From: Podarcis bocagei
Taxonomy: Eukaryota
Length of the DNA: 64,000 nucleotides
Assembly (NCBI GenBank): GCA_964188305.1
Contig: OZ076889.1
Strand: one strand, 5' to 3'
Shown: positions 22,796-36,624 of the stretch, piece by piece
How positions within the stretch are numbered: position 1 is the first letter of the stretch
How the letters are laid out: the number at the start of each line of letters is the position of its first letter
The notes under the pieces: generated by a model
Told to the model about the DNA's origin: nothing
Database searches by the model: none
Seen by the model: only the letters and a program-made list of their open reading frames with translations
Made by a program: the position numbers and the translations under genes

Positions 22796-23864
22796 TTAAT
22801 CAACCTGGCCCAAGCAAAAAGACAAATCACAAGGGGGCTGAAAGGTGCCTACCATGATATCCTAGGGGATAAAATTTTCCCTCATGATCTTTCATAAGTC
22901 TAGTTAAAATTTCAGAAGGCACCTGTCCTCAACTTCGTCTACGGTGTGAATGGAAGGCAATTTTGTATTCTTTTGTGAAGCTGTAAAGTATGTACACCTT
23001 CTGGTTCTCTCACAGTATGTGTCAGTCTCTGAAAATATATAAAGCAAAAATGAAAAAAGCAACATGCCTTGAAAAGGTGATGCAGGCATCATGAATGACT
23101 TCAGCCCTGCGGCATTTAAAAAGGTATAATGATCCGTAGATACTGCAAACTATCATTTTATGCCTATTGTGATGATAGTAGGGTTCCTAGTCTACACCAG
23201 TATTAGAAAGAGCTTCTGCCATTACGCTGTCTCAGGAAACCCAGTTGTCTAATAAAGACAAAAAAAGCATCTTTCTGTCTCTCTCTCTCCACCCCCTTCT
23301 GTTTCGCAAGTTCAGAAGGCAATGTCAGTAAAAGTTCTGGAACTGTGGGGGTGGGGGATTCTTGCTACCTGGGATTGGGAATGGAGGAGAAATTGGTTTG
23401 GTCTGGATTTTGATACAAACCAACTAAAATTTCCAGTCCCGGACATATTCTGTGGGTTGAATGCAGCTTTTTGATCAGATTGCACACTTCTCTGATTTTT
23501 GCAGTGCAGTTTTTGTTCGAAATGCAAACAAAAATGCTCACTTCATTGAAAATATGGATTCAAAATGCATAATTTAAGGGGAAATGCATTGAAAAGCACA
23601 TAAAAACATGTACTTTGGGTAAACAATGGTTGTACTAAATGTATACAATTAAAGTGCAGTATTTTGAAAAATCCTCAAAGTCTGGAACATAACAGACTAT
23701 GACTGAATGCACACAAAACTTAACGTGGAAAGGAATTAAGGTGATCCATCACTAAGTTAAGAATAGACAGTGAAAGCTTAAGATAACAATTTATAAGACT
23801 TTGGGGGAGAGAATCAGTGTATCGGTACTAACTGCTTGTTTGAAAATAACTTGAACATTTAAAC

Positions 23865-24225
23865 TAGCAATGGACGAATCAGTAAATCGTGGTTTTTCTC
23901 TGTCTTTTCCCCAGTGTTGACTTCTCCATATTTCTGCATCAGTTTGTGATTTTGTTTAAAAAAAGTCCTCATGAAAATATATCAGTATTTTAGTGTGCAT
24001 TTGTCTTAATAGAAGCATTTCTGCAAATACATTTTCATGTGTCACTTTCTCTACTATAAGCATTTTCATGCAAACATTCCCCATGTATATGCATTTCTGT
24101 ACACAGTTTGGGTTGGAGAACTGCCTTACAAAATTCAGAGAAATGCGAATTTTGAAGGCCGTCATGCATTGTTCAGAAAGTGTACATTAAAATACAAACT
24201 GAACCAAATTTCACCACATCCCTAC
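23865..24225. mobile_element. ~360-bp AT-rich interspersed repeat (unclassified, probably non-autonomous DNA element)
   Basis: Shares CCATATTTCTG...AAAAGTCCTCATGAAAAT...AAATTCAGAGAA.T..G.ATTT with 56620-56990 (same orientation). Reverse-oriented relative at 61548-61942 and more distant ones at 23375-23755 and ~13220-13330. Confidence 0.7.
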
Positions 24226-24875
24226 TCTAAACCTCCAAAATAAGGACTGCTGTGGGAAACTGATGGAGTCACTAGAGTTGTGGCAATCTGGAATAAGGCC
24301 CATAATGTCCCTTGTGGGTCTGATATTCTGGAATAGAGGGCAATCCTTTAAAAAATAATGGATGCATTCTAAAGCAGCACTCCACAACCCTGTACTTATC
24401 TCAGATATTCAAGGAAGCCAAATCTGAAGTTGAGGAAATATGCTAGTTAACAAAACCTTCATTTGTTTTTAGACAAAGAAAATACCCACAACATGACCAA
24501 ACAGGCAATGCATGCACCTTTATCAGATGAATATCACTGCTCATTAGCCATGAAGCTCTCTGGTATCATTTGAAGGATAATACCTTGAATTATATTTTTT
24601 GACCCCACAAAAGCTAAGGTGTTTTTTTGTCTGATGAGGTAGAAATTCTTAGAAACCCATTATCAGTTTGAGCAATTTTACATATGTAAGGGTACTGCCT
24701 GACCACAAAACTAGTAAGAACCAGTTTTGGAGGGGCCTAGCTGACTGCTAGAGTGAAAAACAGCTCCAGATAAGATGCAAGGAGGCCATTGGACGAGTGT
24801 TTTCAAGGACTGTGGTTAGAGGAAGAAAAAGTGAGGTGTTGGGGTGACGTGGTGGCAGAAAGAAGTTGGCTAGAA

Positions 24876-25191
24876 CAGGGGTCAGCAACCTAAGGTCCAT
24901 GGACCACAAGTAGCCCATGGGTGTCGTTTAACCGGCCCATGGACCCCTGCTGCCCGCTCGGTTGGCTCCCGTGCGCCGCACTAAACCGGCACGGAGCAGA
25001 GCAGGGACTGCCTTCCGTGACGCTGGCCGGATTCCCATTGGCTGCAGGAAGCTCCTGCAGCCAATGGGAAGCTGTGCACGCCACCTCCGCGCTGGAAGGA
25101 GTGCCGGAAATAGTGTGTGCACACTCTGGCCCACCGCGGCATCTGCGGGACCATGAACCGGCTCAAGCCACAAAAACTTTGCCGACCCCTG
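24876..25191. mobile_element. Non-autonomous hAT DNA transposon (MITE, Charlie-like ends)
   Basis: TIRs CAGGGGTCAGCAA / TTGCCGACCCCTG. Perfect 8-bp TSD GGCTAGAA at 24868-24875 and 25192-25199. GC- and CpG-rich relative to flanks. Confidence 0.93.
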
Positions 25192-27989
25192 GGCTAGAAA
25201 ATAGGCAATGCATTTTCTCCTCTATATGGACTCTCTCGGTACCAGTGTGTCTGGGAATGGCATTAGGCCTGTATCCAGAAACACCTGTGCTACCTCTTAA
25301 CAAATTGCAAACAGACAGTGACAGAGTACCTATGAACTGGGGGAACTGCCTCCATGGTAAAAAAGCACCTTGAAGCTGTAAGTTCTGATTCATAAACATA
25401 ACTTTAATTCACTAATTTACATTTTTCTGGTGGCTACAAAGGAACCAAGGACGGCCAGTGATCAGAAGAGAAATGCTCTGATTTGTGCTCATCTTCTTGT
25501 TTTCTTACCACATTTGAAAGGATTCTGAAGCAGGTAAAGGTGAACATACCTGCAGGAAATATGAGAATAATTTGCAGATACAAAATAATGACAATTCAGT
25601 GGAGACCTCATCCAGTATTAGGCATGTGCTTAAATTTAGGTGTACATCCTGACGGAAGCCCCCTTTGGTCAAAGTTAAGGGCCCTTAAGGCATATTGATT
25701 TCAGTGAGAGAGATGTAAGCTCATTTAACTGTTTTGTTGAAATCAATGGATGCTTAATATGGGCTCTTGTAAGAGGTTCCTTACAAAATAACTTGCCTGA
25801 AGATAAAGTAAAATTGCCCATAAGTAATTAACTTTAGCTGGATTGGGAAGTTAAAGTTATGGCTTACTTCCAGTGACTGCAACAGAACTTGTTGGTACAG
25901 ACGAATGAGTTCCATTGGTTTCAATGGGACATGCAGGGCAAGTGTAGCTAGAGTCAGTATTTACTCGGAAAACCACCTTTCTGTTGAGTTACCCATGTAT
26001 ATAAATGGATATAGGATTGCAGCTTTAATACAACTAACTTTAGCTCTCCATGTCCCACAAGGCATTTCTTTCCATTTTCCTCTGCTGATATTGCCTGTAC
26101 CACTTAGCATGGAAGGGCATTTTTGGCTGACATGATGATTATGCTGGCTGGTGGACTGACTTCGACAGGTAGGGTGTCAAGGCCAGAAGCAAAGGCTCTG
26201 AGAACAGATTAAATCTAAAGTTGATGAAATGGTCCGAAGTCACTGCTTGGCCATTTCCCCAATATATAGAACATTTGAAACTAGCAGAGAAGCTTCTTTT
26301 GGACGTGCCACCCACATAAGTTTTCCTGGGAATTTACTTTCTGTCTGTCTCAATTCCCTCTGCAGTGTCAATTTATCAGCTCAGACTCATTAAGAATACA
26401 TCTGCTCACAGTCTCCTGGGGACTGATATGTCTCAGCATGCAACCTCATTCGTAGGCCCCTACCATAAGCTCTTGCAAAAGCAGCATGCAATTATTAGGA
26501 CTTTATTCATTTCATACTTCACACTGTTTTGCTTCAGAGTGGCTGTGAGCTGTTCAGTGGGATCTCATGAGTTGAAGTTCAGTGGGCAGGTGAAGTAATT
26601 CCTTTCAAGGTAAATGCAGTTAAGGTACCCCAGTATTCCAACATCATCCCTGCAAGTCATGATCCATCTTTAACACACCTATTATAGTTCACCTTCTAGA
26701 GGACTATCCAAAGCACAAGACTGTCATTCTTTATGGGAAGGATTTGGTTGATGCCTGCCTTCTTCTTGAAATTATATGGTTAGACAATTGCAATTTGTTA
26801 TTTGTGAGGTTACCAGAGGGTAGACGTCTTCAGCTCAATTTCATTTAGAATACAGCTGTTTCTGATCTTATGGGGCTGACGCTTTCTCAGCAGGCTCCCC
26901 TTCATTTCCAAATCTCCCCACAGGCTCTTCGAACAGTTTTGATGTTATGGTTTTGTTAATAAATAAGCAACTTAGATTTAGTGCTTTTTGTTTCATGAAC
27001 TTTTATTAACTTCCACTTGTTTCTCACTTTGCACTGGCTGTGGATAACAGCGATTATGTTCCCCTCAATCCCCGGTGGTGCTTTATAAAAAGCTATTCAG
27101 GTTTCATGAAACCAAAAACCAATTCAACTCTAATGTGTGGGTGTTGTTGTTTTCCCCCCATGGGGGAATACATATGCCATAGAGTACAAAATTTACATGA
27201 ATTTTTGGGCTGCATAAAATAGTCACCAGTTCCAATATTAAGAGTTGCCATAGACAGTTTTGGCAAGGTGTAAATTTTATCTCAAAAAGATTTAATTTAT
27301 GCCCTTTTAGTTCACCAGTTGTGCCCACAGATAAGAGTGGAGGTGGGTGGGGCGCAAGGAGCAACACAGTGTCCCAGACTCAACTAACCTGGTCCACAAG
27401 TGGAAGCCAGTTCCCACTAGCACAATGAGGCTTTCTCCCCTCTCCTTCCTCTGTGTGCCCCTGCAGTTCCTCCAAGTCCATTCTGGAGGGTCACAAGAAT
27501 CCTCAGAACAGTGTGCAGGGGAGGAGATGTGGATTGTTCTGTCTGGCAAGCAAAAAAGCTTATGCTGGTGGAAAAATCAAGAGAGTGTGACATTGAGTTC
27601 CAGTATGCACTATGGCTGAATCCATGTCTTTCAAGAAAAGCTCTAACTACCCTTCTGAAATTTGGCAGGCATTATCCACTCAGAAGGGGTTCTGTGCCTG
27701 CAAATTTAACCAAATTCTGCCAAAAAGTAAAGGAGCCATAATAATAGTGAACGAGGAGACATTAAACTTTCATTTTCCTGAAGTGAGGCCACTTTCTGAA
27801 TGGCCAAATCAAGGTTTTTCCTGAATCTAGTGTTCAGTGCATATCCTTATTTGGGGCCATGACTTTGCAATCATTTGGTTTGGGGGGGGGGCTAGGGGAA
27901 GTACTATTCTGACAAAGATGCTGCTAATGACAATACTCATATTAGTGGCTTATTGATAGCTGAATCTTATTTAGTCTTGTTTCAGAAAT

Positions 27990-28200
27990 GCAAGAATTGG
28001 GAACAATACAGCCAAAATGTTTTATTTGGGCAATACAAATACAATCAAATCAAAAATATCACAGATTTTCATACATTAGTAAGAAGTTACTGTACACTTG
28101 AACAGTTGCCATTTTATACAGCTAACAAAGCTTTACCTTTAATAAAATGTATTTTCCTCTCACATAAAATATACACTTTTCACTGACGTATTTTACATCA
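27990..28200 (-). terminator. Candidate polyadenylation region of an unidentified minus-strand transcript
   Basis: Minus-strand AATAAA at 28021-28026 and ATTAAA at 28138-28143. Many upstream TGTA motifs in U-rich sequence and a U-rich downstream stretch. Confidence 0.45.
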
Positions 28201-31200
28201 TACACCTCTCTGGGATAAGAAACATTTCACAAACAATGCACAACAGAGGCCATCTTCTCTAAACCCATACAAAATATTACATTGAAGCGAGAAACACTGT
28301 AATATCCTACTATAGGCTGCCGCCCTCAAAGTCATATTCTGTTGCTACCTAAAATACTACATGCATCATAAAATGCTGTACATTGATTGAAGATTGGACA
28401 CATCAGATTTGCTCAGCACTCTGCATTGTACTTTAGAATGTCAAGCTTCTAGCTAGATCAGTGGCACACTTGCATCGTTCTTTGTGTCCAAATATGTGCA
28501 ATTCAGATAATGGCCCACATGTTAAATACTGTGTTTCGGCAGCACAACACCAAGAGTTGGTATTTGGTATCTCGGTGTGCCTTGAAGGCATGCAGTTCTG
28601 TAAAAGTTGAAGGCTGATTTTTGTTTGCAGACATTAACCCCAATTCAGAGATTGCCCTATGTAGACATGTGAGAGGCCCTTGCGCATGGAAACACCTTTA
28701 TGCGCACCACAAACCCACAATGGAGCCCAGTGATGGAGGGCAGGAATGGCAGACATAAGAGACCTGCCCTCCGTACAGATAACTCATTGCTGGATAGCAT
28801 CACATTTGAGCAAAGGAAGCATCATCCAAGGATGGGGAAGCAGATGCACTAGGTCTTACGCACATGCTTATGTGCATGTACACCCCCAACACTCCACAGT
28901 ATCATGAGAATGCACCTTCTCATTTGTTTCTTGATGTGGATGAAAACACCTGTATCCAGGGTCTGTAAAGCTACATGCAGATTTCCATACTTGGCACGAG
29001 CCACATGCAAAGCCTAATTGCACACAAGAATCTCTGGCTCAGGGCCACATGTACCCATTTTACTGAAAACTACCTTGTGGTAATAGAAAAGTTAGTGTTA
29101 ATCTTAAAACGTGTCCTTTGCAAAATGTATAAATCTGAACCGGGAGTCAATGGTTGCATGCTGCGGGAGGGAAAATACAGCCTTTATGGTGCCATGTTAT
29201 AGATTCTGCAGTAGTCTCGTGGTTTCGCTTCCTATCCATATAACAGAGAGGAGGGGGTGTGGGAAATGTTCTCCCAGAAAACATTCTAGCCATGCTGCAA
29301 CTCAAAGAACAATAGTAGCAAGCCTCTTTATACTGCAAGGTTTCTTCTATGCTTTTGATAGGAAACTACCAATAGATTTGGGTTTTTCCCCACCATCAAG
29401 TGTCATCCTATTTAAAGAGAAGACGACGGGAGAAAGTCCCTTGAATCCTGCATGGTGATGCTAGGATCTAGGCAAACCCCATGTTAAATTCAATGGGACT
29501 TGAATTCCAAGTAAGTGTTTATAAGAACAAAGCCTTAGATTCAGGACAATTTGTGATGGCAGTAGACTTGATGGACTGTGAGTCTCCTCCAGCCATGCAT
29601 AATGTGCATTGGGAGCAGATTTGAATAGCAAAAATAGTATGCAAGTGAAGAGAGCTAAGCCTCCCTCCTCCCATAGCTTACCTGGCCCAGATCTGTCACC
29701 TGAATACTTTTTCCACGTTAGTCAGACTCTGATGCAGTGAGTGAGTCTAGCTGGGACAAAACACCTGGAGAGGTAATGAATAGTGGGGAGGTAAAATGCA
29801 AGAAGAGGAGGGTTCAGCTCTCTTCTATGTGCTCTTTCGGCATTCTGGTTGGGCCTACAGTTCTCTGTAGGTTAGTTCCAGCATTAAACCAACAGACTTG
29901 CCAGCATGGTGGATACTTTGAATCTTAGAGACTCAATGAACCTCAGGTCAAACTGCATCAATAGAATCGTCTCTCTCAGAGTTTATCCTCTTCAGTTAAC
30001 CAGAATAATTCCCCCCCTGCTAAATATGAAAGGAGATTTTCGTCCTATGCATTGTATGATAGAGTAAGGAATGATACGTGGATATTAACCAAGAGTTTTG
30101 GAAATCTTTTGCAATTACACTAAGCACCCTGTTTAGTTTCAGGGGATTAACCCCTCCCAATTGCACATATTAAGAAGTATCAATTTAAATGGACAGCTCA
30201 ATATGCACAGTAGCTTTGTTTCCATAAGATGTTTTGCATTTTGCATTTCTCTTGTAAAGAACCAGCTTTCTAGAGATTTAAGTCCTTGACAACAATGATA
30301 TAGCTCTGTTGATTTTTAAGTCCTTTGTGTTCAGTGAAAACGCAGCATTGAAATCACCATTTAGGAACATTTTTGTATTTCTACAGTTTCCCACAATACT
30401 GAACAGAATTTGAAGAACCACAGAACCTGCTAAACTTGGACTAATACCAGAGTAGTGAATATTTGTCTGTATATTTGCCAGAATATTTGTTAGATTGAGG
30501 TAACGGTTTCAGCAAGTGTTAACTTACGTTCACATATCAAGACTCCTTTCTGACCCCAGTTTCTTATTTTGCAGAGTTTCTTTCTTATCTTGCTGTCAAA
30601 CTGACTTCATATAGTAATATACTAGGCATCCTAATCCCATTCCCAGGAAGAAATTCCCCTACTAAGATTTCTTCTTTTTTACCTGAAGTTACATTTGGAA
30701 CCCCAGACCGTTGGCATTCAGAAAATCTTACTACATCTAAATAAGGCATCTATTTATATTTTCTTTACTATGCTCCAAATAAAAGGTTTCCATTACGTCA
30801 AGAGGATATATCAAGAGAAGAAGTAAAAAGGAGAAATATGTATCTCTTGCTTAGAAGCTGACTAGAATGAAGGTCAAAGAAAAAGGCAGTGCCTAATGGA
30901 TTAGAACACTAAAGAATAATGTGAACATTGCCCATCACTAAACAAAAGTGTCTGTTGTCTGATGGGAGCAGAAAGGCATGTATGAATAAGGAATGCTCCA
31001 ACATAGAAGATACAAGATGCTCTTTTATCTCCTGATCTCCAGCATCAGCCATCAATGCCATGGGATTTCTTTTTAGAAAGAAACTGTTAACTTACTCTTG
31101 ATTCAACATAGTGGCTTTGTTCAACTGTGAAGAATATAACTCGTAAAAAATGTGAGTAAATAAATGTAGTGTATGAAAGAGCACGGACCCGGGTGGATTT

Positions 31201-34200
31201 TTTTTTTTTTTTTTTTTTGGTGGGTGTCAGTGTTAATTTGAGTCCATCAAGTCAAATTTCAGAAGGATGTAGAGAACAGTCTTTCCATGTTGGCAATTGA
31301 TATTTTAATTGTTATCTGATGCCATTGGGCCCATCCTTATCACATACATTTCCCCTGCCTGTGCTGCTTTCACCTGCCATGGTTGGGAAATGTCCTTCAC
31401 ATATCATTTGGCTGGTTCTTGACCAGAAGAAACCATGTGCACGCTTGTGTGTATTTACAATTATTTGTGTCTTTCAATCAATGTAGTTTAATTTTGCCAG
31501 ATACATCATTTCTAGCCATCTACCCAGCACTTGTTATTTAGAAGAATATAACTAGCTGAAGACACATTGCTTTGAAAAAGTCCTTTTCTCCCTGCTACCA
31601 CCACCGCATCGCAAAATATATTAGGTGCAATGCAGTACTTAGACTGCTCTTCCTTATTGTGAAAATGAATAAAGAAAGAGAATCAATGTTTGCCATGCAC
31701 CATTGGGACACTGAAGTGAATGGAAACTGATCGATTCTCTTCTGATTCTTACCAAATCAGCCCCATGTGAGCCAAAGGATTAGAACAGAATGAGGTCCAG
31801 AGTACTAACCCAAAGTTAATATCACCTTCTGTGCACATAAACCAGACTATGTGAGTATTCCTGACTCCCAGCCGAGTGTCAGGGATGCTCTGCCAATGAA
31901 ATATTTGCTATGCAAATATGTACACTGTCTCTTGGGTGGAAAGATGAAGACATGGCATTATATGACCGAGTCCATGCGGATAGAAAAATAACCGAACCTG
32001 CTTTTCCCACTGAAAGTGCAGCGTTCTATATACACTATATACAGATCTACAGAATACAACATTGGCCAGAGTGCCCAGCATGCCTCAGTTATATGTGCCA
32101 TAATTTCATAAAGCAAAATTTCCATCGGTTTGCTCCTTCTATTGCTGCCTCTCTCCAGAGAAAGGATATTCAACTTTCATTCACTCTGTTCTATTTTGTT
32201 TTGTGATTTGATGTAATAAAATGAAACCTTATTTCCATTATGGGTCATTATTTCTTCGCCAAGACACATCAGTTCTGACAAGTTTCAAAAAGAAATCTTT
32301 CTTGATATACCTAAGTGAAGAGTGCCGAGTTCCTGTGATTTTTTTAAATTGTTGGCTTTTTGCAAAGGCAAAGGGGAGAGAGATAAAGAGTGGTTGAGGC
32401 AAAGACTGGAAATTATTTTATTTAAAAAGGGGAAGGGAAAAACCTTGTAGGATAGCATTTTAAGCATGCTGTTTCTGGGCAGTGACTTCAGGCCAGGAGT
32501 TTTGGGCAGAGGTTCCGTACCCCACTGAGAATAATCATCAGGAGAGCCCTCTAAGGTGGCAGGGTTGGTTCCCCATATTTTGAAGTTTAAGTGAAGTGCA
32601 CAGATTACCATCTGAAAGAGGGAGCCTCCATAAGACCGTTAAGTCCAGATGGTCGAATCCAGCTATGTCATCGCATGAACACAACAACGTCCTATTGTGC
32701 AATGGAACATCTTCTCCCTCTCCTTCCCGCATGTGCTCCCTGCCCGCTTCCAAATATGCTTCAGAGGGTTGGAGAGACCCAGAGCAGATTTGGTGCACAT
32801 GTGGAAGTTGTTCTGCTCACACAAAGACATCATTAGATACACTCCAGTGTTTAAAATTACGTAATTGCCCTAATGACAATTTCTTACATATTTTAAAAAA
32901 TATGTAGATCTTTTAAATGCCAGTTCTTAAATTTGGGACCTTGTTTTATCTTCATAAAACTTTTTAATATGAAAAAGACTTTCTTTAAGTATGGCAGTGA
33001 GCACCACTAAGAAATCTATCCATTAGATGTGAGCTTTAGAAATGCTTCAAGGTTCGTTTACCCTGCATAAACTGTACATCTACTGAAGCAACGGAGAAGT
33101 GCTCAAGAGAATCGCTGATCGCATTACACCATCATTGGGTTCACCATTATATCTTTGCCCAAAGAGATTATCATATTGTACAACATAAATAATTGTCTAT
33201 TCAGTGCAGAAAAGCAAACTATAATGCAAATGTTTGCTTTAAGTGTCAATTGTTGACATGGTTTTTTGATGCTTGAAAGTGAGGATGAAAAATGTTAGTC
33301 TCCCTTCATTCTCCTTAATGCTTTTTGACCTTATTTTGCTCTTAAGTAGCTTTTGCCATCAAAAGCTATTTGTGCAGAATGATTTCCCAAATGCGAGAGA
33401 AGCCCTACTGTGTAATACTTGCCAAATCTCACAGTGTGCAACATTACATTACAGGCAGGTTTCACTACTCACTGATTCCATTTTGCAGTCCAGCTAAAAC
33501 CATCCCATAATTAAATAGCAAAGCCCATGCAGTGTAAAGGGCAAATGCTTTAAATGTGTCAATAGAAATGCTCTATATGTTTATGACTCAACTTACTTTA
33601 CAGCAAAGTCAGCATAAAAATCGAACACATCTGTTTTGTTAACAATGATGACTTGAGCTAATGATTTATAAGTTAAGCATTAAAATGCACTGAAGTGTGG
33701 AAATCACTGTACAAAGCTTGCAAGCACACAGAGCCATCACTGTAGACTGACATTTACATTAGCTTTACCATCAGGGCAAAGTTAACACTTTATGTTTTGC
33801 AGCCTAAGTCTAAAAACGTTTCTTTGGAAGTAAGTCCTAATGATTTCAATCAGGTTTATTTCCGGGTTAAGCAAGCCTAGAATTTCAGCAAAATGTGCCA
33901 TCGATCTTCAGCATATGCTTCAAGATTACCTAAGGCGTAACCCGTTACACCTTTTAACCACCAGGATGTGCTTACTATCAGAGTGTTTAAAAAGAGTGGA
34001 TTTCTTCCATGTCCTTCTGCATGCTTATGAATGAAGCAGGGCTTCTAGTTCAGTGATTGTGTAATTAGAGGATAACAATTATTCCAGGTTCTTTTCTGCT
34101 GAATGCATGGTTGTGGATATGCATATATAGTGCTTGTGCCTAGAATGCATTCTAGACATCAATAGCTTTGAATTCTAAGACTCCAAGAAGAGTCTTGGAC

Positions 34201-34649
34201 TGGAAAAAAACCTGGAGTTTCTTTTTATTAATGCACTCACAATTTATCAGACATACAATGTGTATCTAGGCTAAAATAAACCATGCTATTGCAGAATTTG
34301 GGGTTTTTCTGTACGTCAAGACTTCTACATAAGAAGCGACCTTATGCTGGTCAGTTAATTCTTCTTTTCTAGGTCAGTATTGCCTATTCCAAGCGACGGC
34401 AGTCAGGCCATTTCATGGCATCTGCCATTGCGGGCTGCCACCCATTGTGACTGGTGGGATGGAAAGCAGAGAACTCAAAAGCAGCTTGAGCCAATGAGAG
34501 GCAGGCAACTTATGCTAGTTTAGCTCCCATCTCCTTCCTCCTTTCTGAGTTCTACAATGGCAGAAGGCAGGTTAGAGTTTGCATGCGCTGACTGAGGTTG
34601 TTGGGGCCCTCCCCCTTTGCCCTAATGGACCACCCACTGCTGGTCTGCT

Positions 34650-34750
34650 ACTGGATCCTTTTGACTGGTGATGACAGGGATTGAGCCTGAGACCTTCCAC
34701 ATACAAAGCACATGCTTACATGCTTGACCACTGGAATATGGTCCTCCCCC
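34650..34750 (-). mobile_element. tRNA-derived SINE head, degraded
   Basis: Reverse complement CAGTGGTCAAGCATG...GCTTTGTATGTGGAAGGTCTCAGGCTCAATCCCTG. Confidence 0.5.
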
Positions 34751-36570
34751 ATTCCTAGAGAACCCAGTCACGTAATAATTTTTTAGCTAGGCTATTTCTC
34801 CTAGCAGTTGCTCAGTCCTCCGCATTACATATTGTAAAAAAACAAACTTGAAAGTCTTTTTTTCTGATTATGGGTTTGAAGGATTTGGTGAGGCAACAAA
34901 GGCCACTCTGTCTGAAGGAGGAAACATCAATAACAGCTCATTTTATAAATTAATCCTAATAATAAAGTACAGTTCACAATGAAAGCAAGCTATTATTTCC
35001 CCTCACGCATAGTATATTACAGTGTAAGATCCAGAAACACCATGTTCTGCAAGATAGATAATAAGCAGAGTCAACTGGGGAGCTCTTGAGGTCCATTGGG
35101 TAGAGCAAGGGACCTGCATCAAGAGCCACTGGGCCCCAGCAGGAGTGGCTCAGGATGGAGCTGCAGCATTAGTCTCCAGGCAGCAGCATGGCTGTCAGTC
35201 ACCAGGAAGGGCCAGGTGGCCATGAGGTTGGGATTATGTGGATTTAGGCAAATCACAATGTTCTCTCGTTTAGTCATCCATCAGTTAAATAGCAATTATG
35301 ATGACCATTCATGCAATGCATTTTGAAAATTAGATGTGCTAGAATAGTGGAAGTAATTTACCCAAGAAGGTTAAAAACAAGAATCCTCTTGTCTATCTAA
35401 CGGGAGCAGGGTATCGTTTTCTAATCCTCAACTTGTTACTCTTTTAGACTACAAGAAGGATTGGGGTGAGTTTTAAAAAATGTACTTTCTCTAATTTAGA
35501 ACCAAAGAGATCATTCACAGACATCATGGATGATATTGTAGAAGTGGTTTTACATGGAGAAGCTCCATCTTTAAATGTAGGGAAATTTGGGGTCCACCAT
35601 TTTTTAATGGAATGCTGTTTCTCCCTCACTGGAAATGCTGGGTCTACTGTATGAGTGCTCTGCATTTCTTGCCCCAAATCTTTGCCCTGCACAGCACTGT
35701 CACTTTTAGTATAGGTGTTACTGAAAGGAGGCCTGATCATCACAAGAATTGGAACTTAATAGGATTGTTCATTTGGTACAGTTTCTTTTAAAAAGCGCCA
35801 TTGACTGAAACAATGAAGGCAACATGGACTGGACAAAAGTAGCATGTGAAATATGAAGATATGCAAATCTTATAGCTGCTGGAATCAGAAAAGATAACTG
35901 GAAGTTATAGTTGATTGGTTTGCAGCAGTGGACTGATGTCCCCATTGACAATAAATGAAAGCCACATGAGAGCTAAGCTGTTCTCCCTGAAGTGATGAAG
36001 GTCATTGTGGCTGATGCAGATTTTATGTTGTCATCAATGTAAATGCTTTAGCATTATCTTAGCTTAACTCCTATGGTTGTAAAATTTACAAAACAGCAAA
36101 TCCAGCCAAGGAACCCACCCCCGCTTAAAAACAAAAATATTGACAGGCAGAATGGTTTAGTAGATACTCTTTTAGATGTGGACCTATGAATCTAAAGTTC
36201 AAAGCCCAGATCAGTCTTGGACTGACTGACTGGACTATATTGCCTATGTCTCAGCCTTTTTGCAACATCTGTAAAACAGGATCGTTTTCATTAGTGAGAA
36301 AGTTGTCTCTCAGTGAAACATACTAGATCTCAGTGAGATATTCCTATCATTGAGAAGGTTAAACTAGAATGTCCAAGTACAAGGAACTTTTTATGGGGGG
36401 GGGGATATAATCATGTGATTTATCCTATCTTTATTCTGGAGTGGTACTGTCCAGGAATCAATTTTACCATGTCTTGAGCTGATTGTCTATGTGTCTATTA
36501 GGTACTGAAGTTCTAGATTGACTTTAGGTTTATTAAGTAGAATTGGCACCATAAGATTGTGAGTGAGTGT

Positions 36571-36624
36571 TCTCTCTCTCTCTCTCTCTGTTTGTGTGTG
36601 GTGTGTGTGTGTGTGTGTGTGTGT
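36571..36624. repeat. Compound (TC)n/(GT)n microsatellite
   Basis: Direct observation. Confidence 0.93.

Noticed and set aside
24890-25399. Cluster of overlapping ORFs and a GC-rich patch resembling a CpG-island promoter
   Set aside because: Explained by the GC-rich hAT MITE bounded by TIRs and a TSD.
35070-35660. GC-richer patch and protein-like frames (e.g. EPKRSFTDIMDDIVEVVLHGEAPSLN) as the missing last coding exon
   Set aside because: Weak splice sites, in-frame stops nearby and no recognisable homology.
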